Assembly: GCF_001015055.1 (NCBI RefSeq)
Contig: NZ_BBWZ01000003.1
Coordinates: forward strand, 116,091-140,090
DNA: 24,000 nucleotides
Source: Aneurinibacillus tyrosinisolvens
GTDB lineage: Bacteria; Bacillota; Bacilli; Aneurinibacillales; Aneurinibacillaceae
Reading direction: 5' to 3'
Made by a program: the position numbers and the translations under genes. Shown here one piece after another: positions 16,291 to 24,000 of the stretch. A model generated the notes under the pieces. The model worked only from the letters and a program-made list of their open reading frames with translations. It was not told where the DNA came from and made no database searches. How positions within the stretch are numbered: the first letter of the stretch is position 1; every line of letters begins with the position of its first letter.

Positions 16291-17034
16291 CTAAAAGAAT
16301 CCTGAAAAGTCAGGATCAAAATCGTATTTCGCTTTAACCAAAGCTTTCGTCCGTAAATAGAGCTCCTCCCAACCGTCGGAGGGGTGAGCCGTGACCAGCT
16401 TGCAGAGCCGCAGAACTCTTTCCTTTGGCAGGTACTCCATATAAGCAACAATAAAGTCTTTATAGCGGTCGACATACGGCTTCATACGCAGTGCCGCGCC
16501 GGCCATGTTTGTAAGAATATCCCGGCCGTTCTCCTGGAGAGCAATATGATGGCAGTGGACAACGGCATAATCAAGCATGCTTTTTTTAATCAGTTCTTTT
16601 TTCACTTTGGAAACTTCCCAGGCGTAGTTAACAAAATCTTTATCATAAGAGGACGGGATGAGCGTTTCCAGCTCCAAATCCATATCTTTGCGGAGCACAA
16701 AGTGATTCAGGCACATGACTTTGCGAATTTTTATCGTATCATTGATGAGAAAACGGCCGACCTCCCGCAATTTTTCATAACTTTCTTTATACCGTTCTTC
16801 TTTAACATCCGTTACGGCGGAAGTGCTGTCCAGCAGTAGTCCTTCCTTAATTCGATAAGCCTCGCTCGTCAGCCATGCTTTATACTGCACGGTTTGTTCA
16901 TAAGGTGCGAATCTTTTATGCAGAAAAAGGTAGCCGATAAGCAATCCGATTCCGATTACAGCGCCAAGGACAAGCTCAAGCAGTGTGCCGGCGAGAACAA
17001 TGCCAAGGCAGAGAAGAATAGATACGATGAGCAA
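16291..17034 (-). CDS. Hypothetical TM protein, 247 aa as called; probably the C-terminal part of a frameshifted gene
   Basis: Begins at a TTG with no RBS and runs straight into a double TM segment. Its frame stays open upstream to a TGA at 17077-17079, next to the T3 run. Confidence 0.7.
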   Translation of the reverse strand: MLIVSILLCLGIVLAGTLLELVLGAVIGIGLLIGYLFLHKRFAPYEQTVQYKAWLTSEAYRIKEGLLLDSTSAVTDVKEERYKESYEKLREVGRFLINDTIKIRKVMCLNHFVLRKDMDLELETLIPSSYDKDFVNYAWEVSKVKKELIKKSMLDYAVVHCHHIALQENGRDILTNMAGAALRMKPYVDRYKDFIVAYMEYLPKERVLRLCKLVTAHPSDGWEELYLRTKALVKAKYDFDPDFSGFF

Positions 17035-17231
17035 ATCGATATGGAGCTTCGCCTGCTTACGGTATGTAATAAAGCTTCAATCGGTATGAATGTATGCTGT
17101 TTTCCGCAGGCAGCGCACGTATCCTCCCACAGGACGGAATAATTGCCGCAGGCTTTGCATTGCCTAAGGCGCTGGAAAGCATGGGATGTCTTTTCGCTCT
17201 TTCTAAATTGGACAGGCATTTTGTTCCTCAT
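16956..17231 (-). CDS. Zinc-ribbon protein fragment; only about the first 52 codons look genuine
   Basis: CKACG-x10-CAACG zinc ribbon. The ATG overlaps the stop of the 48-aa ORF (ATGA). After about nt 17071 the translation turns into low-complexity S/L/C-rich sequence overlapping the next ORF. Confidence 0.55.
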   Translation of the reverse strand: MRNKMPVQFRKSEKTSHAFQRLRQCKACGNYSVLWEDTCAACGKQHTFIPIEALLHTVSRRSSISICSSYLFFSALALFSPAHCLSLSLAL

Positions 17232-17374
17232 GATTTATCACGCTCGTTGTTCAGCATGGCAATCAGGCTGTCGTCGACTTCTTTGAGAGATACTTGGTTT
17301 TTTTTGTAGTTATAGAGAACCCTGAATTTGTTGGCGATAAATAGCCCAATCAGGGCCAGCGTAATATATGTCAT
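17228..17374 (-). CDS. Membrane micro-protein, 48 aa (below the ORF-track cut-off)
   Basis: My translation is MTYITLALIGLFIANKFRVLYNYKKNQVSLKEVDDSLIAMLNNERDKS*. RBS aaggtgg lies about 9 nt upstream of ATG 17374. The stop overlaps the next start in an ATGA overlap. Confidence 0.6.
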   Translation of the reverse strand: MTYITLALIGLFIANKFRVLYNYKKNQVSLKEVDDSLIAMLNNERDKS

Positions 17375-17418
17375 GTAAATCTAACCACCTTCTACTAAAA
17401 AACTCTATTACCCGGTTA

Positions 17419-17447
17419 TTTCTATCCGACCCCGGACGGAGCGTCAA
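17419..17447 (-). promoter_or_regulatory. Candidate promoter of the minus-strand operon
   Basis: On the minus strand: TTGACG (17447-17442), 17-nt spacer, TAGAAA (17424-17419). Confidence 0.3.
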
Positions 17448-17491
17448 TACAGTATAAGCCCCATTTACCAATCGACAAATTTATTGTATTC

Positions 17492-17521
17492 TTTACAAGA
17501 AGTCCCACGAATCATTATAAA
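17492..17521 (+). promoter_or_regulatory. Candidate promoter of the vWA/tubulin-like operon
   Basis: TTTACA (17492-17497), 18-nt spacer, TATAAA (17516-17521), about 90 nt upstream of the start. Confidence 0.4.
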
Positions 17522-17611
17522 TCGGGGGAACTCGTTTTTCCAGTATTTAATAGATTCATAATTTTTTCGCTAGTGTGCAAGTTTTGATAACCGAATGTGG
17601 AGGTACTCATC

Positions 17612-19384
17612 ATGTTTTGCCTGAGAAAAAGCACCAAATATCCACTGCTGCTCTTGCTCGCCTTGCTTTTTCAATTGTTTTGTATTCCATCTGCTTATGC
17701 CGCACCGGCGATGAAGTCAAATATTGACGCAGTCCTCGTTGTAGACGTGAGCGGCTCGATGAATGCAAGCGATAAAAATAAAGTAAGCAATGAAGCGATG
17801 AAGATGTTTGTGGACATGTCTTCCCTGCAGGGAGATAAAATCGGGGTTGTTGCTTATACCGACCAGGTTGCACGGGAAAAGGCACCGATTACAATCACTT
17901 CAGAGCAGGATAAAAACGAAATCAAATCGTTTATTAATAAACTGGAAAACCGCTCCTTTACCGATATTGCCGTGGGGGTAAAAGAAGCGGTTAAAATTCT
18001 TGAATCGGGCCATGATCCGTCCCATTATCCAATGGTTGTCCTGCTGGCGGACGGCAACAATGCGCTCGATCCGAAATCGGGGCGAACCCAGCAGCAATCC
18101 GACCGGGAAATGCAGCAGGCAATCCAAACCGCGAAGGCAAACGCCTTTCCTATTTATACGATTGGGCTAAATGCGGACGGTAAGCTGAATAAAACCGTGC
18201 TTGAGAAAATCGCGGCGGAAACGGACGGCAAATTTTTCATGACGAACACAGCGGACTCACTTCCTAAAATCCTGAGTGAGATTTTTGCCGATCACTTGAA
18301 GTTGAAGGTCGTTCCTCTAAAAAGCCTGGTAGCAAACGGACAGTTTCAGGATGTGACCATTTCCATCCCCAATTCAAATGTGCTGGAAGCTAACATTTCC
18401 CTTATGTCGACCCAGCCTGTAGAAGCGAAACTGTTTGATAATACGGGGCAGGAACGAAAAATTCCATCCAGCAATGTATACTACTCGAAATCGAATGCCT
18501 ATTCGCTGATTAAACTGGTCAAACCTGCTTATGGTGATTGGAAACTGAAAGTAAAAGGAATCAATCAGAACAAAATCGACATTAATCTCGTCTTTAACTA
18601 TGACCTTGAATTAAAGATGGACCCGCTGCCGGCGAAAAAGTACAGCGCAGGAGATACAATCAAGGTAAATGCTTCCTTTGAAACAAATGGAGCGAAGGTA
18701 GCGAACCCGGATTTGTATAAAAATATCAAATCCGTGCTGCTAGTAACAGACTTGCAGACGAAGCAGGTACATAAGATAGATTTACATAACACAGGAACTG
18801 CCTTTACAGGAGACTTCAAACTTCCGGAAGCCCACAGCTATGAAGTGAAAGTACGGGCTGAAGAAAAAAGCTTTTACCGGGAGACACAGCCGGTGACCAT
18901 TACCGCAGGACAGGGAGCGACCGGCGTGCAGGCGGCAAAGCAGCCGGTTGAAAAACCGTTCCCCTGGATGCTTACCATCGGCAGCATTCTCGGTCTGCTG
19001 CTCGTGGCGGCGCTCGTTATTTTCCTCCTTTCCGTGGTGAAGAAAGCAAACAAAGGCTTTACAGGGCAGCTGGCTATCGAAATTCGCGATGAAAACACGG
19101 GTGAAAAAACGAGCCCCCAGTATAAAAAACTGCATGCTTTCAAAGGAAAGGTTAAGCTGCACCAGCTTCTGCAGCTCGCTCCGGAGTTTGCCGAAACCGA
19201 TAAAATTGTCTTCTTTCCGGGCAGAAATGACACGGTTATCTTAAAGAACAATTCTGCCTGTGTTATTGAAAAAGCGGGTCGGGCGCTCGATGCAAGCAAA
19301 GGGATTGAATTGAAGAACAACGACCGCATAAGAATTTCGCTGCAGAGTATTGAAAAATCCATCTCTTTAGAATTTATTTTGTAG
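17612..19384 (+). CDS. Secreted vWA (MIDAS) domain, beta-rich ectodomain, single TM, cytoplasmic tail protein
   Basis: Signal peptide ...CIPSAYA/AP. MIDAS DVSGS (nt 17744-17758), plus a downstream T (FTDIAVG) and D (LLADGNN). TM segment WMLTIGSILGLLLVAALVIFLLSVV, then about 110 aa more. I place the start at ATG 17612, 8 nt after ggagg, rather than at GTG 17597. Confidence 0.9.
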   Translation: MFCLRKSTKYPLLLLLALLFQLFCIPSAYAAPAMKSNIDAVLVVDVSGSMNASDKNKVSNEAMKMFVDMSSLQGDKIGVVAYTDQVAREKAPITITSEQDKNEIKSFINKLENRSFTDIAVGVKEAVKILESGHDPSHYPMVVLLADGNNALDPKSGRTQQQSDREMQQAIQTAKANAFPIYTIGLNADGKLNKTVLEKIAAETDGKFFMTNTADSLPKILSEIFADHLKLKVVPLKSLVANGQFQDVTISIPNSNVLEANISLMSTQPVEAKLFDNTGQERKIPSSNVYYSKSNAYSLIKLVKPAYGDWKLKVKGINQNKIDINLVFNYDLELKMDPLPAKKYSAGDTIKVNASFETNGAKVANPDLYKNIKSVLLVTDLQTKQVHKIDLHNTGTAFTGDFKLPEAHSYEVKVRAEEKSFYRETQPVTITAGQGATGVQAAKQPVEKPFPWMLTIGSILGLLLVAALVIFLLSVVKKANKGFTGQLAIEIRDENTGEKTSPQYKKLHAFKGKVKLHQLLQLAPEFAETDKIVFFPGRNDTVILKNNSACVIEKAGRALDASKGIELKNNDRIRISLQSIEKSISLEFIL

Positions 19385-19399
19385 GAGGGCATTTACACC

Positions 19400-22300
19400 G
19401 TGAAAGCCGTTGTGAGAGAACATATCCAGCAGTTAGATGTTTCCCTGGGCGGGGGCATTGTCAGTGAAAAAATTCGTGTGGACACGATTGATAACCCGAT
19501 GCTCGTCATCGGAATCGGCGGAACAGGCATCGATGCCCTGCTTCGTTTAAAATACCAGGTAAATCGCAGATTCAAACTGCCGGAAGACCGGCTGTCTAAG
19601 AAAAAGAAAGAGAAGCCGGATAACATCGAGTTCATTGCATTTGAAACAAACGAACACGACCGCAACAAGAAATATAAAGGACTCGGGCTTGATCCAATCA
19701 CGGAGTTTGTCCTGCTATCCAATGCAGAAATCGGCGGGCTGCTGCAGAATCGCAGCATACTGGAGCCGTACATCACAGACTGGCTTTCTCCTGAACTGAT
19801 TATTACGGATGGGATCGGAGGCGCTTCAGGAATCAGGCAGGCGGGCAGGCTGCTCTTATTTACAAAAATTACTCAGGTTGTACAGACGATTGAGAAGAAA
19901 ATCAGGGCGCTCTCCGAAGGAACGAATAAAAAACTGACCGTATTTATTTTATCCGGACTGTCCGGCGGGACCGGAAGCGGCTGCTTCCTTGACATCTCGT
20001 ACATTGTGCGGGGGATTATGGAGAAGGAGCATGGCAGCGCGGGAGTAGACAGGGTCAACATTCTCGGGTATATGTTTACGCCGGATGTGAACTTATCAAA
20101 TAAAAGCTTAAGCACGCATGCGAGTGAATACATAAAGAAGAACGGATATGCGGCGTTAAAAGAACTTGATTACTGGATGAATGTGGATGAGCGCGGCGAG
20201 CGGTTCAAACAACAGTACGGTAACATTCTAACGGTAAACTCACCCATGCCCCCCTTCAACCTGTGCCACCTCATTTCCGCTACCAACCTGGAAGGCAAAT
20301 CGCTGGAAAATGCGTACGACTACTGCATGAATGTAACAGCCGAGAACATTACTAACTTCATGGCTAACGAGGAAAAGCAGTCCGGAGAAGAGTTCGCGAT
20401 CCATGATTACATTAGCAATATCCGGACAAATATTAATCAAATGCCAAAGGCATATGCCGCAAACTACCAGTACAACATCATTGGCGCTTCTTCCGCCGTG
20501 CTTCCAATTGAGGAAATGACCACATATCTTGCGTATAAACTGTTTAAGAAGATGGAGAAGATGTTCGCGATTGTGCCTGGCCAGGAGGAAACGGAGAGGC
20601 TGGCCAGAAGGCTGGGCATCGACATTGATTCGGTGCATCGTAAGTTCCAGGAAAGAGTCCCTGAACCGCTTCCGGGCTACCAGAACAGTGAGAGATTAAA
20701 TTATAGCAATGTTGTGAAGCAGCAAATTATCAATATGGATACCGAGCTGGAGCAGAACTACTTATCAAGGGCGCGGGAAGAATATATCAAATGCAAAAAA
20801 CAGTTGCCCGGGGAACTGGTTGCCGCTTTCTCCGAACAGATGACGAAGATTTTCCTTCATCCTGAGCAGGGGCCGTTCTATGCTTCACGCATCATTTACT
20901 CGGAAAAAGGCTTCAGTTTGCTGAAGATGATTTCTTCCTACATTGAGAGTTTAAAAGAGAGCAGGGAAAGAATCCCGCGCGATATTCATTCCGCCGGGGA
21001 ATTCGCTCATGAGCGGATGGGGGATGCAAGGAGCGCCTTCATTTCGAAAGAGAAGAAGAAGAATGTGTACATTGAAGCGAAAATTAATGAATACGACCTC
21101 CGCGCCGATCTGGAGAGAACAGAGCAGATGATTGATTTCTACGAGGATTTATCCAATCTGTTAAACAGGGAAAATTCTCGTATTTACCAGGTATTTACCG
21201 AAATTCTGAATGCACTGAACCAAATTTTTGAGAAGAACGGCGATATTCTGATTAGCGGACAGGAAGAACTGGACCGCGGCGGCAATAAAACGTACTACTG
21301 GAACATCGTAAGCGTACCTGACATCGCCAAAGTTATCGGCGATATACTGGATGATCGAAATGCGGACGATTTGATTCGTGAGTTTACAACAGAATTGCTA
21401 AATCGCTCAGACAAATGGGTGAAGGAGCAGGAAGTAGATATTATCAGTTCCATTTCAGACTTCCTGACAGAAGAATTCGGTGATCTAATTACAAAATCAA
21501 TGGAAGACTTCATCATGATTAAGTATGGCGAGGATGAATCGATTGAACGGATTGTGGAACGGAAAATTGCCGACAAGCTGAATGAAGAAGCCATTCCTGT
21601 TTTCCACCTGAGCAACAGTTCCGGCAACCTGCACTTCCCGTCATGGGGCTTTGTTTCCGTGCCAGTAAAGGCGCCGAATATCTTAAAAGGAATTAAAAAC
21701 TATCAAAACACGGCGGTCACACAGTCACGGTTTACCGTGAAAGAAAGTGAAGTAAAGAACCGGATTTTCTGGTTGAATACGAAAAACGGCATTCCATTGT
21801 TCGTCTATACGCCGCTCAAGGTATACGAGGAAAGCTATGAAAAAACGATCCTTGATAAAGAAGGAATTGGCCGCCATCTTGTACAGACGGAAAGGAACAA
21901 CTGGACGTATCTTCCATCCCCAATTCCAGAAAAATCGTGGGGCGACATTTATGAAAACAGGCGGGTGAAAGAATTCAATATCCGGATGCGTGAGCTATTC
22001 AATTCGGCCATCGCGCTCGGATGTATCGCCCAGAAGAACATCGACGCGAATACAAGCAACCGGTACGAGTGTATCATTACGAAGCCGTTTGAGCTTTCCC
22101 GTGTTCTAGCTAAGTACAACATGCAGCTGGATCAAATGAAGCCCAATTTGGCTGAAGTAAAAAAATGTACGTCCGAGTTAAAGGCCTTACTAAACGGAGG
22201 ACTTGAAAGAGAAGGCGTCAGGGATATCTTTGGCAGTGTTAATGAAGAGATGGCGAAGGAAAACCTTATCCGTTCTCCAGAGCTCGTTGCCCTGGTGCGG

Positions 22301-22789
22301 CAAGAAGTCCGTAAATATGAAGAAATCCGGCAGAAGGCGGAGGAACTTGAGAAGGTTCTTGCCTCCTTTGAAGGAGAAGATGAATTGTTCGAACAGTTTA
22401 TCGAAGCAATGTACACCGGCAGCATCTGCAAAAAAGGAGCGCTTTATGTGTATGACAAAGATGCGGATGAAGACGCATGGGAGCCGTTTGTTAATTTAAC
22501 CAAAACAAATCAGTTTATTGAATACGCGATTTTTGAACAGTTCCGTAATTTGGACGCGAAGCGTATGAATACGCTGCGTAAAAAATCGAGCAGACGCAAT
22601 GCGGAGCTGACCGCTTCAGAGGATGTGAACGGGTTAGTTGCCACCATCGAGGAATTGGCCGCCGCATTCCAGGAGAATAAATCCGCGCTCGATTACGACC
22701 GGGATGAAATTGTAAACGGAGAAGAAATGTACCATTTCTATAAGCAGGTATCAGGCAAAGTAAACGCGATGGTAAAAACGCTAAAATAG
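19400..22789 (+). CDS. Giant tubulin/FtsZ-superfamily-like GTPase, 1129 aa
   Basis: MLVIGIGGTGIDAL (G-I-G-G-T-G at nt 19511-19528) and VFILSGLSGGTGSGCF (S-G-G-T-G-S-G at nt 19961-19981, matching the tubulin/FtsZ signature GGGTG[ST]G). A C-terminal extension of about 800 aa is charged and helical. GTG start 11 nt after ggagg, which overlaps the upstream stop. Confidence 0.88.
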   Translation: MKAVVREHIQQLDVSLGGGIVSEKIRVDTIDNPMLVIGIGGTGIDALLRLKYQVNRRFKLPEDRLSKKKKEKPDNIEFIAFETNEHDRNKKYKGLGLDPITEFVLLSNAEIGGLLQNRSILEPYITDWLSPELIITDGIGGASGIRQAGRLLLFTKITQVVQTIEKKIRALSEGTNKKLTVFILSGLSGGTGSGCFLDISYIVRGIMEKEHGSAGVDRVNILGYMFTPDVNLSNKSLSTHASEYIKKNGYAALKELDYWMNVDERGERFKQQYGNILTVNSPMPPFNLCHLISATNLEGKSLENAYDYCMNVTAENITNFMANEEKQSGEEFAIHDYISNIRTNINQMPKAYAANYQYNIIGASSAVLPIEEMTTYLAYKLFKKMEKMFAIVPGQEETERLARRLGIDIDSVHRKFQERVPEPLPGYQNSERLNYSNVVKQQIINMDTELEQNYLSRAREEYIKCKKQLPGELVAAFSEQMTKIFLHPEQGPFYASRIIYSEKGFSLLKMISSYIESLKESRERIPRDIHSAGEFAHERMGDARSAFISKEKKKNVYIEAKINEYDLRADLERTEQMIDFYEDLSNLLNRENSRIYQVFTEILNALNQIFEKNGDILISGQEELDRGGNKTYYWNIVSVPDIAKVIGDILDDRNADDLIREFTTELLNRSDKWVKEQEVDIISSISDFLTEEFGDLITKSMEDFIMIKYGEDESIERIVERKIADKLNEEAIPVFHLSNSSGNLHFPSWGFVSVPVKAPNILKGIKNYQNTAVTQSRFTVKESEVKNRIFWLNTKNGIPLFVYTPLKVYEESYEKTILDKEGIGRHLVQTERNNWTYLPSPIPEKSWGDIYENRRVKEFNIRMRELFNSAIALGCIAQKNIDANTSNRYECIITKPFELSRVLAKYNMQLDQMKPNLAEVKKCTSELKALLNGGLEREGVRDIFGSVNEEMAKENLIRSPELVALVRQEVRKYEEIRQKAEELEKVLASFEGEDELFEQFIEAMYTGSICKKGALYVYDKDADEDAWEPFVNLTKTNQFIEYAIFEQFRNLDAKRMNTLRKKSSRRNAELTASEDVNGLVATIEELAAAFQENKSALDYDRDEIVNGEEMYHFYKQVSGKVNAMVKTLK

Positions 22790-22814
22790 CCTGACTTCCT
22801 CGGGAGGAAGAGCG

Positions 22815-24000
22815 ATGAGGAATTTAGTAAAGCAGTTTTCTGAGCAGTATGCTGCCGATATGGATAAACAAACGTACAGCACGGATGAGCAGCGGAGCCT
22901 TCATAATCCAATCGTATTTCTTTTTATCGGGGATAGGACGCTTGATGCGCTAAACGCGATGTATGAACTGAATGCAACCAAGTGGAACAACAGCACAGGC
23001 GTACTGTACGCGCATATTTACTCCACCAAAACAGCGGAAAGAACAAACGTATACAGCTTCCGGATTGAAGAGCCGGCGGAAGACAAAAAGCAGCTGCGCA
23101 GGCGTGTATACGAGCAGTTTTACGAAAACGAGAGCAGGCTTATCGAACTGAACCGGATGATGAGGCAGGTGAGCAGCCGGGTCTCCGAATTCGGGAACAT
23201 GTATTCTTCGTTTGAGCGGATGAACGTAGCGGTCGTAACCCGGGCGGACGATCCGTTAAATGTACTTCTGCCTGAGATCACTCTGCTCATGAAAAATGTT
23301 TTTAGTGAATCGTTCAGAATTGTAAACCTCGATTTATATACGCTTATTAAAGAAAAAACAGCCGGGGAAGACTTTGCTTTCACTTCTTCCCTTGGTGTTA
23401 GTTTTTTGCGGGAGATAGAATACTACCAGGCCGAAAACTATCGTTTTCACGAAATGCTGCAGGTTACGGAGGACCATATTAAGCTTCCTGTGGAGCACCC
23501 TCCGTCACCTCTTTTTGATCTCGTTTATTTATTGAGTGACAGGGATGAACGAGGCATCATTATGGAGCACAGCATGGAAACAAATTACGAGATTATTTGC
23601 AGTATTAACCTGTTGAAAAACAGGAAAGCAGTGACAAATCCGGGCGAAAACAATGCCAGCTACAGCAATATACAGTTTAAGCGAAACATCCATCCGGAGT
23701 CTGGCCGAACGGCCTATGCTTCCGCTGGCTTTGCTAAAGTAAAACGTCCAAACCGCACGATTGCGCTTACGGTTCTTCTTTATTTCTATGAAACGGTCAT
23801 TGATAGACTGAAGCAGTGTGCAAGTCTGGATAAAAAACAGGTGCTTGAGCTGTTTGAACTCGCTGGCCCCTCTTTGGGCGGGAAGCTTCGTTCTTTCGTA
23901 CCCGGAGAGGAGCGGATTGAGGAGATGACGAGCCTAATGCCGATGCGGGCTTCGTATACTGAACTGAAAAAACTGACACTTCGGCAGGCGGAGGAGAGGC
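22815..24000 (+). CDS. Hypothetical protein, 3'-partial (over 395 aa); likely a degenerate paralogue of the tubulin-like protein
   Basis: Not in the ORF track because it has no stop inside the window. I translated it by hand from ATG 22815 (RBS gggaggaag), and the frame stays open to nt 24000. Its N-terminal blocks parallel those of the upstream protein, but the Gly-rich nucleotide-binding motifs are replaced. Confidence 0.8.
   Translation, partial: MRNLVKQFSEQYAADMDKQTYSTDEQRSLHNPIVFLFIGDRTLDALNAMYELNATKWNNSTGVLYAHIYSTKTAERTNVYSFRIEEPAEDKKQLRRRVYEQFYENESRLIELNRMMRQVSSRVSEFGNMYSSFERMNVAVVTRADDPLNVLLPEITLLMKNVFSESFRIVNLDLYTLIKEKTAGEDFAFTSSLGVSFLREIEYYQAENYRFHEMLQVTEDHIKLPVEHPPSPLFDLVYLLSDRDERGIIMEHSMETNYEIICSINLLKNRKAVTNPGENNASYSNIQFKRNIHPESGRTAYASAGFAKVKRPNRTIALTVLLYFYETVIDRLKQCASLDKKQVLELFELAGPSLGGKLRSFVPGEERIEEMTSLMPMRASYTELKKLTLRQAEER

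Larger units (their letters stand above)
16291..17231 (-). pseudogene. Alternative reading: one zinc-ribbon-TM-domain gene interrupted by a 1-nt frameshift near 17071-17073
   Basis: Adding one T to the T3 run (minus strand, 17073-17071) joins ...FIPIEA to FITYRKQAKLHIDLLIVSILLCLG... in a single frame. Confidence 0.4.

Noticed and set aside
16384-16839. 151-aa plus-strand ORF
   Set aside because: It is antisense to the 247-aa ORF and has neither an RBS nor motifs.
18598-19776. Minus-strand ORFs of 73-172 aa across the vWA and tubulin-like genes
   Set aside because: They are antisense shadows with Ser/Cys/Phe-rich, low-complexity translations.
1-24000. Scan for CRISPR arrays, rRNA/tRNA genes and long direct or inverted repeats flanking the IS
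   Set aside because: I saw no regularly spaced repeats of 24 nt or more and no tRNA cloverleaf candidates. IS200/IS605 elements do not make target-site duplications, so their absence is uninformative.

Overview
This looks like a chromosomal window from a Bacillus-like Firmicute. The inference rests on strong GGAGG-type ribosome-binding sites (RBS), TTG/GTG starts, and nadE, yfhF-like, sleL/yaaH-like and SLH-domain genes. Positions 1-5280 hold housekeeping genes: nadE, an SDR epimerase, an aldo/keto reductase and a split MaoC hotdog dehydratase pair. Positions 5283-8040 hold an AT-richer Ni/Co (NiCoT-type) transporter gene, followed directly by a complete IS200/IS605 element (tnpA plus an intact tnpB, with a probable omega-RNA). 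Next come a PAS-PAS-PAS-GGDEF diguanylate cyclase, two convergent GH18 cortex-lytic-type hydrolases (SLH-anchored and LysM-anchored), and several small or hypothetical genes. Two of these, of 49 aa and 48 aa, are absent from the ORF track. The most unusual part is 14.5-24 kb, where two divergent operons share one control region. The minus-strand operon encodes a 48-aa membrane micro-protein, a zinc-ribbon/TM protein apparently split by a 1-nt frameshift, and a 573-aa membrane-anchored protein with a Pro/Ser/Asn-rich tail. The plus-strand operon encodes a secreted vWA/MIDAS single-pass membrane protein, a 1129-aa tubulin/FtsZ-like GTPase (GIGGTG and SGGTGSG motifs), and a paralogue-like protein lacking those motifs that runs off the window. 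I saw no rRNA, tRNA or CRISPR array. All family assignments come from reading motifs by eye; no database search was run.
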